Source: an uncultured delta proteobacterium (GTDB taxonomy: Bacteria; Desulfobacterota; Desulfobacteria; Desulfobacterales; JAFDCJ01). From it: a stretch of 64,000 nt of DNA. The stretch's first letter is position 1, and each line of letters starts with the position of its first letter. The notes under the pieces were generated by a model. That model did no database searches. It saw nothing but the letters and a program-made list of their open reading frames with translations, and was not told the origin of the DNA. Below, piece by piece: positions 10,837-21,920 of this stretch. The translations under genes and the position numbers were made by a program. The stretch lies in NCBI GenBank assembly GCA_963769935.1, contig CAVYNY010000011.1, positions 224,001-288,000 of the forward strand. The letters are read 5' to 3'.

Positions 10837-11829
10837 TCAACGATTCCAGCACGCGGCCCTATGCCCCGGGTGGCGTTCAACCAGCGGCGGATCTTCTCTG
10901 CGACACTGTTCGGATACGTGGGGACAGCGGGTTTGAAAGCGGCACCCCGGCGGCGGTGCCATCGGGTTCGGCACTTCGCCGCCGTAGGCGATCCTTTGCC
11001 GCGCTTTTTGGGCTTTCGGATCGGGCACCGGAACCGCAGACAGCAGCGCTTCCGTATAGGGGTGGATGGCCGAATTATAGATGGCATCGCGTCCGGCGAT
11101 TTCTACAATCTTGCCCGCATACATGATTGCGATGCGGTGGGAAATGTGCCGCACCACGGCCAGGTCATGGGCAATAAATAGATACGTCAGGCCAAAATCA
11201 GCCTGCAAGTCCTGCATCAGGTTAACGACCTGGGCGCGGATGGAAACATCGAGCGCTGAAACGGGTTCGTCGGCGACGATGAATTTCGGGCTCAGGGCCA
11301 GGGCCCGCGCGATGCCGATGCGCTGGCGTTGGCCGCCGCTGAAGGCATGCGGATAGCGGCCGCCCGCATCCGGCGGCAGGCCGACCAATTTTAAAAGTTC
11401 AGCGACCCGGTCTACGGCTGCGCGGGTGTTTTTTACCAGACCATGAACCAGCAGGGGTTCGGCCACGATGTCGATGATCCGCAGCCGCGGATTGAGACTG
11501 GCGTAAGGATCCTGAAAAACCAGCTGCATATGCCTGCGCAGCGGCCTAAGTCCCTCCTCATCCAGGTCGGTGATGTCCTGAGCGTGAAAATATATGCGGC
11601 CGGATTTGATCGGTACCCGGCGCAGAATTGCCCGTCCCGTAGTGCTTTTGCCGGACCCGGACTCCCCCACCAGCCCCAGGGTTTCACCGGGATAAATCTC
11701 AAAAGAGACATCATCGACGGCATGGACCACCAGGTGTTTTTGTCCCCAGAACCCGCTGCGCCCGGCATCAAAATGGACGGTGAGGTGGTCGACTTTGATG
11801 AGAGGTTCCTTATTTGAGGTAGGTGCCAT
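10837..11829 (-). CDS. Oligopeptide/dipeptide ABC transporter ATP-binding protein (OppF/DppF-like)
   Basis: [32 protein letters not shown]. Confidence 0.92.
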   Translation of the reverse strand: MAPTSNKEPLIKVDHLTVHFDAGRSGFWGQKHLVVHAVDDVSFEIYPGETLGLVGESGSGKSTTGRAILRRVPIKSGRIYFHAQDITDLDEEGLRPLRRHMQLVFQDPYASLNPRLRIIDIVAEPLLVHGLVKNTRAAVDRVAELLKLVGLPPDAGGRYPHAFSGGQRQRIGIARALALSPKFIVADEPVSALDVSIRAQVVNLMQDLQADFGLTYLFIAHDLAVVRHISHRIAIMYAGKIVEIAGRDAIYNSAIHPYTEALLSAVPVPDPKAQKARQRIAYGGEVPNPMAPPPGCRFQTRCPHVSEQCRREDPPLVERHPGHRAACWNR

Positions 11830-11857
11830 TTGTTTCTTATTTAATCACCCGCGATAA

Positions 11858-12139
11858 AAAATGCCTAAAATGCACTAAATTGCCTAAATTGCCTAAAATG
11901 CCTAAAATGCCTAAAATTGAGGTATTCTGTCGATTTAAATAGCAACGCAAGTGAATCCATAAAGCAATGTTGATAATATCCGGTTTCCAATAGGCCGAAT
12001 ATCTTTATAAAAAAGACGGAGTGTCCCGCAGCGCAAGCGCTTGCGCGACGTGTGCGCTGCGGGAGCGACACCATAATTTTAGGCATTTTAGCGCATTTTA
12101 GGCACTTTAGGCATTCATAGTAGGCACTTTAGGCATTTT
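11858..12139. repeat. Inverted element with 9-mer tandem arms (TGCCTAAAA)n ... (TTTTAGGCA)n and a central GC hairpin
   Basis: Tandem 9-mers at about 11858-11918, reverse complements at about 12078-12139; TCCCGCAGCGCA/TGCGCTGCGGGA hairpin between them. Confidence 0.75.
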
Positions 12140-12140
12140 C

Positions 12141-13130
12141 TTATATCTGTCTTTGAAACGCACACCAGCAGGACACCTGGCGGTTTTCCTCGTAGGGGGT
12201 CAGGGACTGCCTTTGGGCGCAGCCTTCCCGGGCCTGGTCGCAGCGGGTGACAAAGGCGCAGCCGGACGGCGGTGCAATAAGGTTCGGCGGCACCCCCTCG
12301 ATGGCGACCATGCGTTCGGCGACTTCATCCGGCCGCGGCGTTGCCCGCAGCAGGCCCTGGGTGTAAGGATGAACCGGCCGCTCGAAAATGTCCTGCGCAT
12401 CTCCGATTTCAACGATTTCGCCGGCATACATGACGGCCACCCGGTGACAGAGCTGGGCGATCACCCCAAGATCATGGGTAATCATGACCACCGCCAGGTT
12501 CAGCCGCTGCTGGAGATCCGCCAGAAGCTCCAGTATCTGGGCCTGAATCGTGACATCGAGAGCGGTTGTCGGTTCATCGGCAATCAGCAGGTGGGGGTCA
12601 CAGGCCAGGGCCATGGCGATCATTACGCGTTGGCGCATACCGCCGGAAAACTCATGGGGGTACTGATCCAGACGTTTTTCGGCCGCACTCATATTTACCA
12701 GCTCCAACAGTTCGACGGCGCGGCGGCGGGCCTGCTTTTTGCTCATGCCGAGGTGATGGCGCAGCACTTCCCCAATTTGTTGGCCGACGGTGAACAGCGG
12801 GTTCAGGGATGTCATCGGGTCCTGAAATATCATGGCGATTTCCTTGCCCCGCACTTTTTGCAAAAGTCGCCGGCCTTCGGAAGACAACAATGAGCGGCCC
12901 CGCCATCGAATGTCACCGGCTATAATTTCGCCGGGGATGGTAATCAGACCCATGACCGCTTGAAACGTCACACTCTTGCCGGATCCGGATTCGCCCACCA
13001 ATCCCAGGGTTTCACCGGAATCCACATGCAGATTGACGCCGCGCGCCCCCTGGACGATCCCGCTGCGGGTTGTAAAGTGAACCTTCAGACCTTTGATTTC
13101 CAGCAGATGCTGATCGGCTGTCCCGCTCAT
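12141..13130 (-). CDS. Oligopeptide/dipeptide ABC transporter ATP-binding protein (OppD/DppD-like)
   Basis: [45 protein letters not shown]. Confidence 0.92.
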   Translation of the reverse strand: MSGTADQHLLEIKGLKVHFTTRSGIVQGARGVNLHVDSGETLGLVGESGSGKSVTFQAVMGLITIPGEIIAGDIRWRGRSLLSSEGRRLLQKVRGKEIAMIFQDPMTSLNPLFTVGQQIGEVLRHHLGMSKKQARRRAVELLELVNMSAAEKRLDQYPHEFSGGMRQRVMIAMALACDPHLLIADEPTTALDVTIQAQILELLADLQQRLNLAVVMITHDLGVIAQLCHRVAVMYAGEIVEIGDAQDIFERPVHPYTQGLLRATPRPDEVAERMVAIEGVPPNLIAPPSGCAFVTRCDQAREGCAQRQSLTPYEENRQVSCWCAFQRQI

Positions 13131-14116
13131 TGGCTCACCACCTTCCCGGGCACAACCATGCTGCGCCCGCGCTTTTTGAGGATGGCCATCCGGCGGGCAA
13201 ACTGTTTTTCACGCTCCTGCGGATCGGAGATCAACCGCATCCAGCTGGCCACAAGATTGACTGCCAGCACTGTTATGGATATGGCAATTCCCGGCATCGT
13301 GACCAGCCACCAGGCACTGAAAATATAGTCCTTGCCGGCGGCCACATCCAGGCCCCAGGAGGTGGCCGGCGGCTGAATGCCCAGTCCGAGAAATGACAAA
13401 GCGGCCTCGGCCAGAACGATGCGGGCAAACTCGAGGATCGCCAGGGTCAGCAGCGGCGAAGTGAGATTGGGCAGAATATGGCGGAAGATCACCCGGTGGG
13501 AACTGCACCCGATGATCTCCGCCGCTTCCACATAGGGGGTCTGCCGCACCGAGAGCACCGCGCTGCGGATCATGCGTCCGTAAACCATCCAGCCGTTGAG
13601 CGACAGCACCATGATGACGGTTGCCATACTGGGCCCGATGACGGCCAATATGATCAGGGCCAGCAAAAGACCGGGAAATGCCACCTGGGTATCGATCCAG
13701 CGCATGATAAGGCTGTCCGTGCGGCCGCCGCGATAGCCGGCAAACAACCCCATCAGAACCCCGAAAGTTCCGGCGATGAGCACCACGACGGTGCCGACCA
13801 GCAGCGACACCCGCGAGCCGTAAATGACCCGGGAAAGAACGTCGCGGCCCAAATGATCGGTACCCAGGAGATGGTTCCAGCTGCCTTTGGCCGACCAGGC
13901 CGGCGGTTTCAGGCGTGCCCGCAGGTCCTGGGCCGTCGGATCGTGAGGAGCCAGCAAGGGTGCCGCCAGGGCCATAAAAAGAAGGGCGGCAATCAGGGCA
14001 ACGCCGAGCAGGCCGGTTTTGTCCCGCCATAGTTCCCGAGACAGGCTGTGCAGCCGTTGACGCCATTCCCGCCGGCGGCTGCCGAGCATTTTGTCGATGT
14101 TGCTTTCGGTTTGCAT
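13127..14116 (-). CDS. Peptide ABC transporter permease (OppC/DppC-like)
   Basis: LGTDHLGRDVLSR, EAA loop, EAALSFLGLG. Confidence 0.92.
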   Translation of the reverse strand: MQTESNIDKMLGSRRREWRQRLHSLSRELWRDKTGLLGVALIAALLFMALAAPLLAPHDPTAQDLRARLKPPAWSAKGSWNHLLGTDHLGRDVLSRVIYGSRVSLLVGTVVVLIAGTFGVLMGLFAGYRGGRTDSLIMRWIDTQVAFPGLLLALIILAVIGPSMATVIMVLSLNGWMVYGRMIRSAVLSVRQTPYVEAAEIIGCSSHRVIFRHILPNLTSPLLTLAILEFARIVLAEAALSFLGLGIQPPATSWGLDVAAGKDYIFSAWWLVTMPGIAISITVLAVNLVASWMRLISDPQEREKQFARRMAILKKRGRSMVVPGKVVSQ

Positions 14117-14117
14117 A

Positions 14118-15038
14118 TCAGGCCAGCTTTAATCTCGGATCGATCATTGTATAAACAACGTCCATCAGGATATTGATCAATACCACCGTGACGGCCACAG
14201 TGAAAACAATGGCCTGGAGTAGAATCAAGTCTTCACGCTCGATGGCCTGGATGGCGGTCAGGCCGAGGCCGGGCCAGGCGAAAACGGTTTCAACGACCAC
14301 CGAATAGCCCGCGACAGCTCGTATCAGCTCCCAGCCGCCGAGGGTGACCACCGGCAGGCTGGCGTTGCGCAGCGCATGGATGCCCACCACCCGATAGAAG
14401 GGCAGCCCCTTGGCAAAACCGGTTTTGACATATTGCTGGTTGAGTTCGTCGATCATGGACGAGCGCACAATCATAACCATGCGGGCCAGGGCCGGCAGGC
14501 CCATCGTGACGGCCGGCAGAATGATGTGGGCCGGTGTGGCGATCCCGGAGGTCGGCAGCCAATGCAGCTGAACGGCAAACAGCATGATCAGCAGCAGGCC
14601 GAGCCAGAACTGGGGGACCGAAAGCCCCAGCAGGCTGACGAAAATCGTGCTGCGATCCGACAGTCCCCCCGGCCGCAGGGCAGCGATAATGCCCAGGGGC
14701 ATCGCCAGGACAAAGGCCAGCCCGATGCCGAGAAATGACAGCTCAAGGGTCAGCGGCAGCTTTTCGAATACGATCTGCATGGCCGGCCGATGCTGCCACA
14801 ATGAATCGCCGAAATCCAGCCGTGCGATGCCTCCCATGAATTCGACAAATTGAACCGGGATGGGCCGATCAAGCCCCAGCTGCTTTTCAAAAGCGGCCCG
14901 CTGCTCCACGGTGGCCTCCATCGGCAGCATCACTTTGACGGGATCTCCCACCAGGCGGGTGACCACGAAGACAATGACGGTAACGCCGAATATGACCCCC
15001 GCACCGTGCCAGAGTCTTTTGAGAAAGTAACGACCCAT
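14118..15038 (-). CDS. Peptide ABC transporter permease (OppB/DppB-like)
   Basis: LGLDRP, PQFWLG, AKGL, VETVFAWPGLG, IDPR. Confidence 0.92.
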   Translation of the reverse strand: MGRYFLKRLWHGAGVIFGVTVIVFVVTRLVGDPVKVMLPMEATVEQRAAFEKQLGLDRPIPVQFVEFMGGIARLDFGDSLWQHRPAMQIVFEKLPLTLELSFLGIGLAFVLAMPLGIIAALRPGGLSDRSTIFVSLLGLSVPQFWLGLLLIMLFAVQLHWLPTSGIATPAHIILPAVTMGLPALARMVMIVRSSMIDELNQQYVKTGFAKGLPFYRVVGIHALRNASLPVVTLGGWELIRAVAGYSVVVETVFAWPGLGLTAIQAIEREDLILLQAIVFTVAVTVVLINILMDVVYTMIDPRLKLA

Positions 15039-15046
15039 AATTCAAC

Positions 15047-16528
15047 CTATTTCAACCCCATCTCGCTCACCAGGATTTTGGCGTCGACGCGGCCGTGCCA
15101 GTCGAGGCGGGCACTGACGCCGTAAATATCTTCGATGTTGAGCAGCCAGACAAAGTAGGCCTGATCGTAAGCACGCTTGACGGCCTGGTGGTAGAGAGCC
15201 TCACGCCGGTTAGAATCGGTCTCGATGCGGGCCTTGTCGATCAGGGATGCCAGCTCCTGGTCGCTGTTGGACGAACCGATGCCGCCGGCCCGATAATAGG
15301 CTGAGAAGCTTTTATCGGCATCCAGCAGTTCATTGGAGCTGACCACAAAAATTGCGCCGGCACGGGTCTTGCGGTCGAACAGGCGGTTCAAGTACTCATT
15401 GAACTCAAATATGCGAACCTTGGTTTTCAGCCCGACTGAATCCCAGAAGGCGGCCACCGCTTCCACCAATTCCCGATCCTTAAGCCACCGGCCGGCCGTG
15501 CCGATAAGCTCAACCGTTGCCCCCTGCGCGCCCGCCTCCTTGAGCAGCGACTTGGCTTTTTCCGGGTCATAGGGGTAGGCGTGGACATTCTTATTAAAAC
15601 CGAAGAAAGAAGGACTCAACAGCTGACCCTGGGCAATCTGGGCAAACCCTTCGAACAAGCCTTCGGACAGGGCATCCTTGTCGACGGCGTAATTTAAGGC
15701 CTGACGAACGCGAACGTCCTTGGTCGGTCCGCCGTCGGCATTCAGAATGATTATGGGATGTTCCAGTCCTAATATATGGATAGCCTGGGGCACCTGTTGA
15801 GTGAACTCCGGCAGCAAATTTGTAATGACGTCGAATTCGCCGGCCTTCAAGCCGGCCAAACGGGTGCCGGGCTCCTCGACAAAACGATATTTCACCGCCT
15901 TAATGCGGGGTGCCGGACCCCAGTAATCTTTATTTGCCGTCAGGACGATGTCCTGTCCCCGGTTCCAGTGGACGAATTTGTAAGGTCCGGTGCCGACCGG
16001 ATTTTCGGCGAATTTTGGATCCTGTGAAAAGACGGGCGGCACCATCTTCATCCAGTAAAGCCGTGACAGCAGGATGGGGTCCGGTCCGTTGGTGGTTATG
16101 CGCACAGTCAGATCATCAACCTTTTCAGCATCTTTAATCGTTTCGAAGAAGGAAATCTGCTCGGAATTGAACTTGGGATCAATAATTCGTTTGATGCTGT
16201 AGACCACGGCGTCGGCATTGAAAGGCTCGCCGTTGTGAAATTTTATCCCCGGGCGAAGTTTTACCTCCCAGGTCCGGGGATCAAGCAGCTCCGGTGGGGC
16301 GGCTGCCAGGCCGGTGACCAGCTTGCCGTCCGGTGTACGGTCCATGAGGGTCTCGTAGATATTGTCGTTGACGGCACGTTCGCCGCCGTCTTCACGCAAC
16401 TGGGGATCCAGGGTGGTCGGTTCGGAGCCCAATGCAATCGTGACCTGCTGGGCACTGACGGCACCGGCGAGCAATATGACGAAGGCCGCAGCCAGACTGG
16501 CCGCTAGTAATGCATATTTTCGATTCAT
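15047..16528 (-). CDS. Peptide ABC transporter substrate-binding protein (family 5)
   Basis: AAGGAGG RBS, signal peptide MNRKYALLAAS, PVGTGPYKF, RVRQALNYAVD; ends in TAG. Confidence 0.9.
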   Translation of the reverse strand: MNRKYALLAASLAAAFVILLAGAVSAQQVTIALGSEPTTLDPQLREDGGERAVNDNIYETLMDRTPDGKLVTGLAAAPPELLDPRTWEVKLRPGIKFHNGEPFNADAVVYSIKRIIDPKFNSEQISFFETIKDAEKVDDLTVRITTNGPDPILLSRLYWMKMVPPVFSQDPKFAENPVGTGPYKFVHWNRGQDIVLTANKDYWGPAPRIKAVKYRFVEEPGTRLAGLKAGEFDVITNLLPEFTQQVPQAIHILGLEHPIIILNADGGPTKDVRVRQALNYAVDKDALSEGLFEGFAQIAQGQLLSPSFFGFNKNVHAYPYDPEKAKSLLKEAGAQGATVELIGTAGRWLKDRELVEAVAAFWDSVGLKTKVRIFEFNEYLNRLFDRKTRAGAIFVVSSNELLDADKSFSAYYRAGGIGSSNSDQELASLIDKARIETDSNRREALYHQAVKRAYDQAYFVWLLNIEDIYGVSARLDWHGRVDAKILVSEMGLK

Positions 16529-16705
16529 TTTCCACCTCCTTGCTGTTGGCTGATGATGAAATGATGACAGGAATTGACCGTTGGGAAGGGGACTCTTGTA
16601 AGGGCCGACTATAGAGAAATGAAATTTAGGTGTCAAGTCGAATGGTCGATTGCCGGTCGGACTGTTGGCCGGTTGGCCCGTGCGCCCGTTGGCCGGTCTC
16701 GCCGT

Positions 16706-17686
16706 TTAATTGTTTAGATGAGGGATCGGGGTGTTTTTCTCGTCAGGCCCGCGGAGGCGGGCATCCAATCCAGCCATGATTTCGACGAACCGCAGGGGAC
16801 TTACCGCAATCCCACTTAGTTTGACGCCCCAGTGAAGATGTGGCCCGCTGACTCTGCCGGTGGCGCCCGTCAATCCGATCAACTGCCCTTTTTCGATGCG
16901 CCGGCCGGCCGCCGTTTTGATGGAGCTCAGGTGGGCATAAATCGTGAAAATTTCCGTGCCGTGGTCGATAATGACGGCATTGCCGGAATAGAATAGATTT
17001 TTGGCCAGCCTTACAACACCCGAATTGGATGCGTAGACGGGGGTTCCTTTTGGAGAGCGAAAATCAAGACCGTTATGATAACTTTTCAGCTGGTCGTTGA
17101 ATACCCGCCGGTTGCCGAAGCGACTGGATATTTCATTTTCAACCGGCAGTTGAAACGCACCTTCCCACAAGCGCTCCTGAATGCCGCCGGCATAGACTCG
17201 CTGGATTTCCCCCGCTTCGCGGCCGGCCCGTTGAAGGTCTTTTTTGTCGGGGTTGACCCGCCTGGCATCCACCTTTAAAACATCGGTTTGGTAATTGCCG
17301 GCTATCACCTGGAATGGAATCGGCATGCTTTTAGTCACAGCTGCCTCGAAATAGGTCAGCGTCAGTTCTTGAGGGCCGGGTTTGGTGCGATACGGTATTC
17401 CGATCAGGGCGAAATAGACCCCGTCCCCTCCGGCCGGATGCCGGTAAACCGGAAAACTGCGATTATTAAAGTCGATATGCATCCCGGCGGCGGGCAGCTG
17501 CAGCGCTCCGGTGTCGATTTCCACCAGGAGGATGCCGCCGTTGGCGACATCATATGAAGACGCATGCACCGCGGGGTATTGCTGGGTTTGGTTTTGGGCG
17601 GCGGCCGTCCACGGCAGGAGCAAGGCGAAGAATACAATAGCGGCGGCCGCGGTAATGAACCGCCGGATTTTCGGGCTAAGTTTCAT
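16706..17686 (-). CDS. M23 family metallopeptidase
   Basis: Signal peptide; HNGLD, IDHG, YAHLS, GPHLHW zinc motifs. Confidence 0.9.
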   Translation of the reverse strand: MKLSPKIRRFITAAAAIVFFALLLPWTAAAQNQTQQYPAVHASSYDVANGGILLVEIDTGALQLPAAGMHIDFNNRSFPVYRHPAGGDGVYFALIGIPYRTKPGPQELTLTYFEAAVTKSMPIPFQVIAGNYQTDVLKVDARRVNPDKKDLQRAGREAGEIQRVYAGGIQERLWEGAFQLPVENEISSRFGNRRVFNDQLKSYHNGLDFRSPKGTPVYASNSGVVRLAKNLFYSGNAVIIDHGTEIFTIYAHLSSIKTAAGRRIEKGQLIGLTGATGRVSGPHLHWGVKLSGIAVSPLRFVEIMAGLDARLRGPDEKNTPIPHLNN

Positions 17687-17895
17687 AAATCAGTTCTGAT
17701 GCGCGCTACGACAACGTTTACTATAAATCTACCAGGTAATTTTCAAACTGTCCAGCAGAGAACCGAGTGAGATCTTTCCCGCCGCAATCCCCCATTGTTC
17801 TATTTTTTCATTATTCCAATATCCTATGGGGGCTAAAAAAGCAGACTTTGGCGGCTTGTTCCTATTCGCGATTTCCGGGTGCTCCCACCGAATTC

Positions 17896-17969
17896 GGGCG
17901 GGCGTAAAGCCCGCCCCTGCAAGACGGTGCCCGACCTGCTGGGTGAGAGCGGGGTTTATGCCCGCCCGC
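17896..17969. repeat. REP-like paired palindromes (GGGCGGGCGTAAAGCCCGCCC ... GCGGGGTTTATGCCCGC)
   Basis: Two GC hairpins; similar GTAG-headed pair at 52057-52110. Confidence 0.55.
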
Positions 17970-17997
17970 ACAGAACTGATGTCGCATTATTTCAGCA

Positions 17998-19731
17998 CTA
18001 TCCCCTGATGATGCGCGGCAGCATCATTTGATGATGGGGACAGATGGATCGGGGATTTTGATAGGCCGCACCGGCAAACGCGACCAGATACTTTCGAATG
18101 TCCGTCATTTTAGCGACTTCATCCACCATGCCGTGCTGCGCGCAATAAACCGGTCGGGAATAATCGTTGTATTCCTGGACCAGTTTGTTCATTTCTTCGA
18201 TGATCGGTTCCAGGGGCCGGCCGGCGTTTTTTTCCTTTACCAGGCGGCGGGAGAAACTGGCGGCCGCCGCCGTCTCTCCGTGCATGACATAAATTTCCGT
18301 CGTGGCCGTACCCAGGGTGAAGGCATTGTGCCGGTTGGCGGTGGGACCGCCCATGATGTAGTGGGCGGCCGCCGTCCCCTTTCGCAACACCACCAGCAGC
18401 ATGGGGACGTCGGTTTGCTGGATGGAATAAATCAATGATTGGCCCAGGCCCAGTAATTCGGCTTTTTCGGCAATGTCGCCGACATCGATACCGCTGGTGT
18501 CCTGAAACCAGATTACCGGCACCCGGTCGCGGCCGCAGTGCGTCACAAATTCGTTCATTTTGATCAACCCCTGGCGATAGAGTTTGCCGCCGATGCCCGG
18601 ATAGGGTGCATATTCGGGATAATTCTCACCCAGAAATCCCTGCCGGTTGCCGATGACGCCTACCAGAAAACCGTCCATTTTAACCAGACCGGTGTAAACC
18701 TCGGGACCGTAATCGGGCCGATATTCCATGTGTTCGCTGCCGTCTACCAGGCGGGACAATACTTCGTCGAAGTTGTACATTTGTTTCTGGTTGAAAGGAA
18801 CCAGGCGATAAAGATCTTCGGCCGGCAGGGCAGGTTCTTTGGGATCGGCCACGCGGAAGAATTTAGGCTGGTAGGCCGGCATGTCTTTCATGTAGTCCTT
18901 CAGTCCGTCAAGAACCTCTTCCTCGGTGTCAAAAACATACCTGAAAAAGCCGGTTTCATCGTAGTGGATTTTAGTGCTGCCGGGCGGTTCGGCCTTGTAC
19001 TGCTTGGCAGCCTCAATCAACTGTTCGGCGCCTTCCAGATCAAAATAGCCTTTCGGCGACATGCCGCTTAAGATACCGCCGCCGCCCACTGCAATGTTGC
19101 AGTCTTTGTGGGCAAACAATACGGTGGGGCTGATGCCCTGGTATCCGCCGCCGGCCGGGTTGGTGCCGTAGATTCCCGCCAGCACCGGAATCCCCTCCTG
19201 GTTGAGCTCGGCATGCCGGAAAAAGGTGGTGCCGGATCCGCGGCGGTCGGCATAAAATTTTTCCTGCTCGGTTAATTTCACACCGCTGCAGTTCACCAGC
19301 CAGACCAGGGGGATATTCAACCTTTTGGCAAGATCGGTGCATCTTAAAACATTTTCGGATTGTCCGGGGAGCCAGGCGCCGGCAAAAACTTTGTTGTCGA
19401 AGCCGATGACGACCGCCCATTTTCCCGCTATTTTGCCGAGACCGTCGATGACATTATTGGTTCCTTCAACATTATCCAGCGGATTGTATAAGGTATGCAG
19501 GGGACACCAGGTCCCCTCGTCCACCAGGTAGTCCAAACGCTGCCACACGGTGAGCTGCCCGCGGGCATTTATCTTTTCAGTCGGCAGTCCGGCGTTTTTC
19601 ACCTTCTCGACGGCCTCTGCAACAAGGGCCTCTACCTCCTGAATCTTGCCCACGTTGGCTGCGGTGCTTTTGACCTGTCCGGGTTTTAGTTCCTGGCCAA
19701 AATCCTTCATCTTTTCAAAATAAGATCTCAT
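17998..19731 (-). CDS. gcdA: Glutaconyl-CoA decarboxylase subunit alpha-like carboxyltransferase
   Basis: GTNPAGGGY, AVGGGGILSGMSPKG, GIGGKLYRQGLIKMNEFV, HQMMLPRII resemble GcdA. Confidence 0.8.
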   Translation of the reverse strand: MRSYFEKMKDFGQELKPGQVKSTAANVGKIQEVEALVAEAVEKVKNAGLPTEKINARGQLTVWQRLDYLVDEGTWCPLHTLYNPLDNVEGTNNVIDGLGKIAGKWAVVIGFDNKVFAGAWLPGQSENVLRCTDLAKRLNIPLVWLVNCSGVKLTEQEKFYADRRGSGTTFFRHAELNQEGIPVLAGIYGTNPAGGGYQGISPTVLFAHKDCNIAVGGGGILSGMSPKGYFDLEGAEQLIEAAKQYKAEPPGSTKIHYDETGFFRYVFDTEEEVLDGLKDYMKDMPAYQPKFFRVADPKEPALPAEDLYRLVPFNQKQMYNFDEVLSRLVDGSEHMEYRPDYGPEVYTGLVKMDGFLVGVIGNRQGFLGENYPEYAPYPGIGGKLYRQGLIKMNEFVTHCGRDRVPVIWFQDTSGIDVGDIAEKAELLGLGQSLIYSIQQTDVPMLLVVLRKGTAAAHYIMGGPTANRHNAFTLGTATTEIYVMHGETAAAASFSRRLVKEKNAGRPLEPIIEEMNKLVQEYNDYSRPVYCAQHGMVDEVAKMTDIRKYLVAFAGAAYQNPRSICPHHQMMLPRIIRG

Positions 19732-20316
19732 TTTTTCCTCCGCGTCTCATGTATTTGGAAAATTTATCGGGGCGACGATACCGCCGAATTGTCAACTTTT
19801 TTTAGAATGTCCCTGTTTTTGAAATGCACCCGTAAATCGCATCTGCGCCGGTGAACCGTGTCATGCCGAGCGCTACCGGATTCAACGCCTATGTCTCTTA
19901 TACGAACCCCATCTTAACGTCAAGGACATATGGTGAGCAGAATAAATAAATCCCCCTAATTAATCCGCCCTGAAAAATAGCCTGTCCAGGGTTGGGTGCT
20001 GTTCTTTGAAACTTGAAAAAACTCGTTCGATCGAAGGTTCGACGGCTTAATGATTTAGAGTGCCCAAGCATCTGCTAAAGTTTTAACTTTATTTCCCGAT
20101 ATATTAGGAAAATGGCGTCACCCAGGAAGTCCGGTGCCTGTGTTGTCAGCTGTCGCAACTGAAAAATTTGAAATGATTATTTATATTCCAGCCGGCCGTC
20201 AATCAGACAAAAATCGTCATCCGGATGACATTTATTGCCGGTTTATTCCGGTAGTTGGTTTGGTTGATTTATCTAACTATCAGAAATTAAAAATAATTTA
20301 AACAAAATAGAACTTA

Positions 20317-20331
20317 TGGCACAATTGTTGC
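20317..20331 (+). promoter_or_regulatory. Sigma54 -24/-12 promoter TGGCACAATTGTTGC
   Basis: GG-N10-GC spacing with a TGGCAC core, AT-rich upstream region, about 155 bp before the ORF at 20487. Confidence 0.65.
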
Positions 20332-20486
20332 CGGTAATCAGCCGGTCAGATGATCAAATCCGGCTGAATTGGATCGGTGATGTCGATGAAGAATCAGGAG
20401 TGAAAATGCCGGCAGCGGTATTAGTTTTGTCTTTTTTAAATTGATTTTGCCAATTTTATTAACTCTTAAAACCGGATTTTTGTATC

Positions 20487-21920
20487 ATGAAAAAATTTTG
20501 CAACGGCCATCCTACAAGAAAGGCGCACTGGCATTGCCCCAAATGCAAGGCGCTGCTATGTCCTGAATGTGTCACCGCCCACGAAAGCGAGAACTTTGGC
20601 CGAAAAGATATTCATCACTTCTGTCCCAAATGCAACCTGCCGGTGGAATGGGTCGGCGTACAGAATCTTATTGATCCGTTCTGGAACCGTATGCCTCGTA
20701 TTTTCACCTATCCGTTTTCCCTGCAGCCCTTGGTCCTGATATCGGTATTGGCAGTCGCCACTTTGTTCCTCTCAGGCGACGGTTTCATCAGTGGCATACT
20801 GCGTGGGGCGCTATGGCTGATTGTCCTGAAATATTCTTTCGAGTCGCTTAAAGCCACCGCCGGCGGAAATCTCAAGCCGCCGTCCGTCAACGGTAAAACA
20901 ATATCCGAAGATATTCAACAGGTCTTCAAACAGTTTGCCATATATGTCCTGATTTTCATTGGTTTTAGCTATGTTTCCATTAAAGTCCATCCTGCGGCGG
21001 GATTCGCATTTGCGATGGTTGTGTTGTTCTTTGTGCCGTCAATGATTATTTTGCTGGTCACTACCGGCAGTCTTTTCCATGCCATCAATCCCGTCATCTT
21101 TGCCGGTCTGGCCTTCAGAATCGGCTGGGCTTATTTTCTGATGTATTTTTTTCTGTTTCTGCTGGGAAGTGCGCCGGCCTACCTGGCGCAATATGTCATA
21201 AGATTTCTGCCGCCGGAACTGCACCTGATGCTGTTCGGGTTTGCCAAGAGCTTTTATACAATTGTTTCCTACCATCTCATGGGGTATGTGATCCTGCAGT
21301 ACCATGAAAAGATCGGTTATCAGGTGGATTATGAAGATTTTTCCGACCCCGATGCCGAGAACTTTGAGCCCCAGAAGACGGATCCGGATGCAGTTGTTTT
21401 AAGTAAAGCGGCGCCGCTGATCAAAGAAGGCAAACTGGACGAGGCCATTGCCCTCATCAAACAGATGACCCAGCAGCAGCCCATCAGTGGGATTGAATTG
21501 TCCGAACGCTACTACAATCTGCTAAAGATGAGAAAACGGATGGCCGAGTTGTTGGCGCACGGCATCCCCCATCTGGACCTGCTGACCGCCCAGAATCAAA
21601 AAAATAAGGCCATTGCCGTATTTACCGAATGCCGGACAACGGCCGCCAATTTTTTGCCGTCGGCCAACGTTTTGTTCAAGCTGGCAGGCTGGTTGAACGA
21701 AAGCGGCAAAACCAAGGCGGCGGTCGCAGTTTATAATACTCTGGCGAAATCCTATCCGGATAATCCGCTGGTTCCCAAGGCCTATTTTCGAATCGCCCAG
21801 ATATTTCACGATCGTCTAATGAACAAAGAACAGGCCAAAAAAGCACTTGACCTCCTGCTGCGGAAATATCCCAATCATGACATCATTCCGCAGGCGGAGA
21901 GCTTTCTGGCAAGGATTTAG
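20487..21920 (+). CDS. Membrane protein: N-terminal Cys/His zinc finger (B-box-like), DUF4013-like TM domain, C-terminal TPR-like repeats
   Basis: CxxH...CxxC...CxxC and CPKC motifs, several TM helices, C-terminal helical repeats (YPDNPLVPKAYFRIAQI). Confidence 0.65.
   Translation: MKKFCNGHPTRKAHWHCPKCKALLCPECVTAHESENFGRKDIHHFCPKCNLPVEWVGVQNLIDPFWNRMPRIFTYPFSLQPLVLISVLAVATLFLSGDGFISGILRGALWLIVLKYSFESLKATAGGNLKPPSVNGKTISEDIQQVFKQFAIYVLIFIGFSYVSIKVHPAAGFAFAMVVLFFVPSMIILLVTTGSLFHAINPVIFAGLAFRIGWAYFLMYFFLFLLGSAPAYLAQYVIRFLPPELHLMLFGFAKSFYTIVSYHLMGYVILQYHEKIGYQVDYEDFSDPDAENFEPQKTDPDAVVLSKAAPLIKEGKLDEAIALIKQMTQQQPISGIELSERYYNLLKMRKRMAELLAHGIPHLDLLTAQNQKNKAIAVFTECRTTAANFLPSANVLFKLAGWLNESGKTKAAVAVYNTLAKSYPDNPLVPKAYFRIAQIFHDRLMNKEQAKKALDLLLRKYPNHDIIPQAESFLARI

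Noticed and set aside
19800..19960. Possible 6S RNA or riboswitch upstream of gcdA
   Set aside because: No convincing long hairpin or conserved motif could be established by eye
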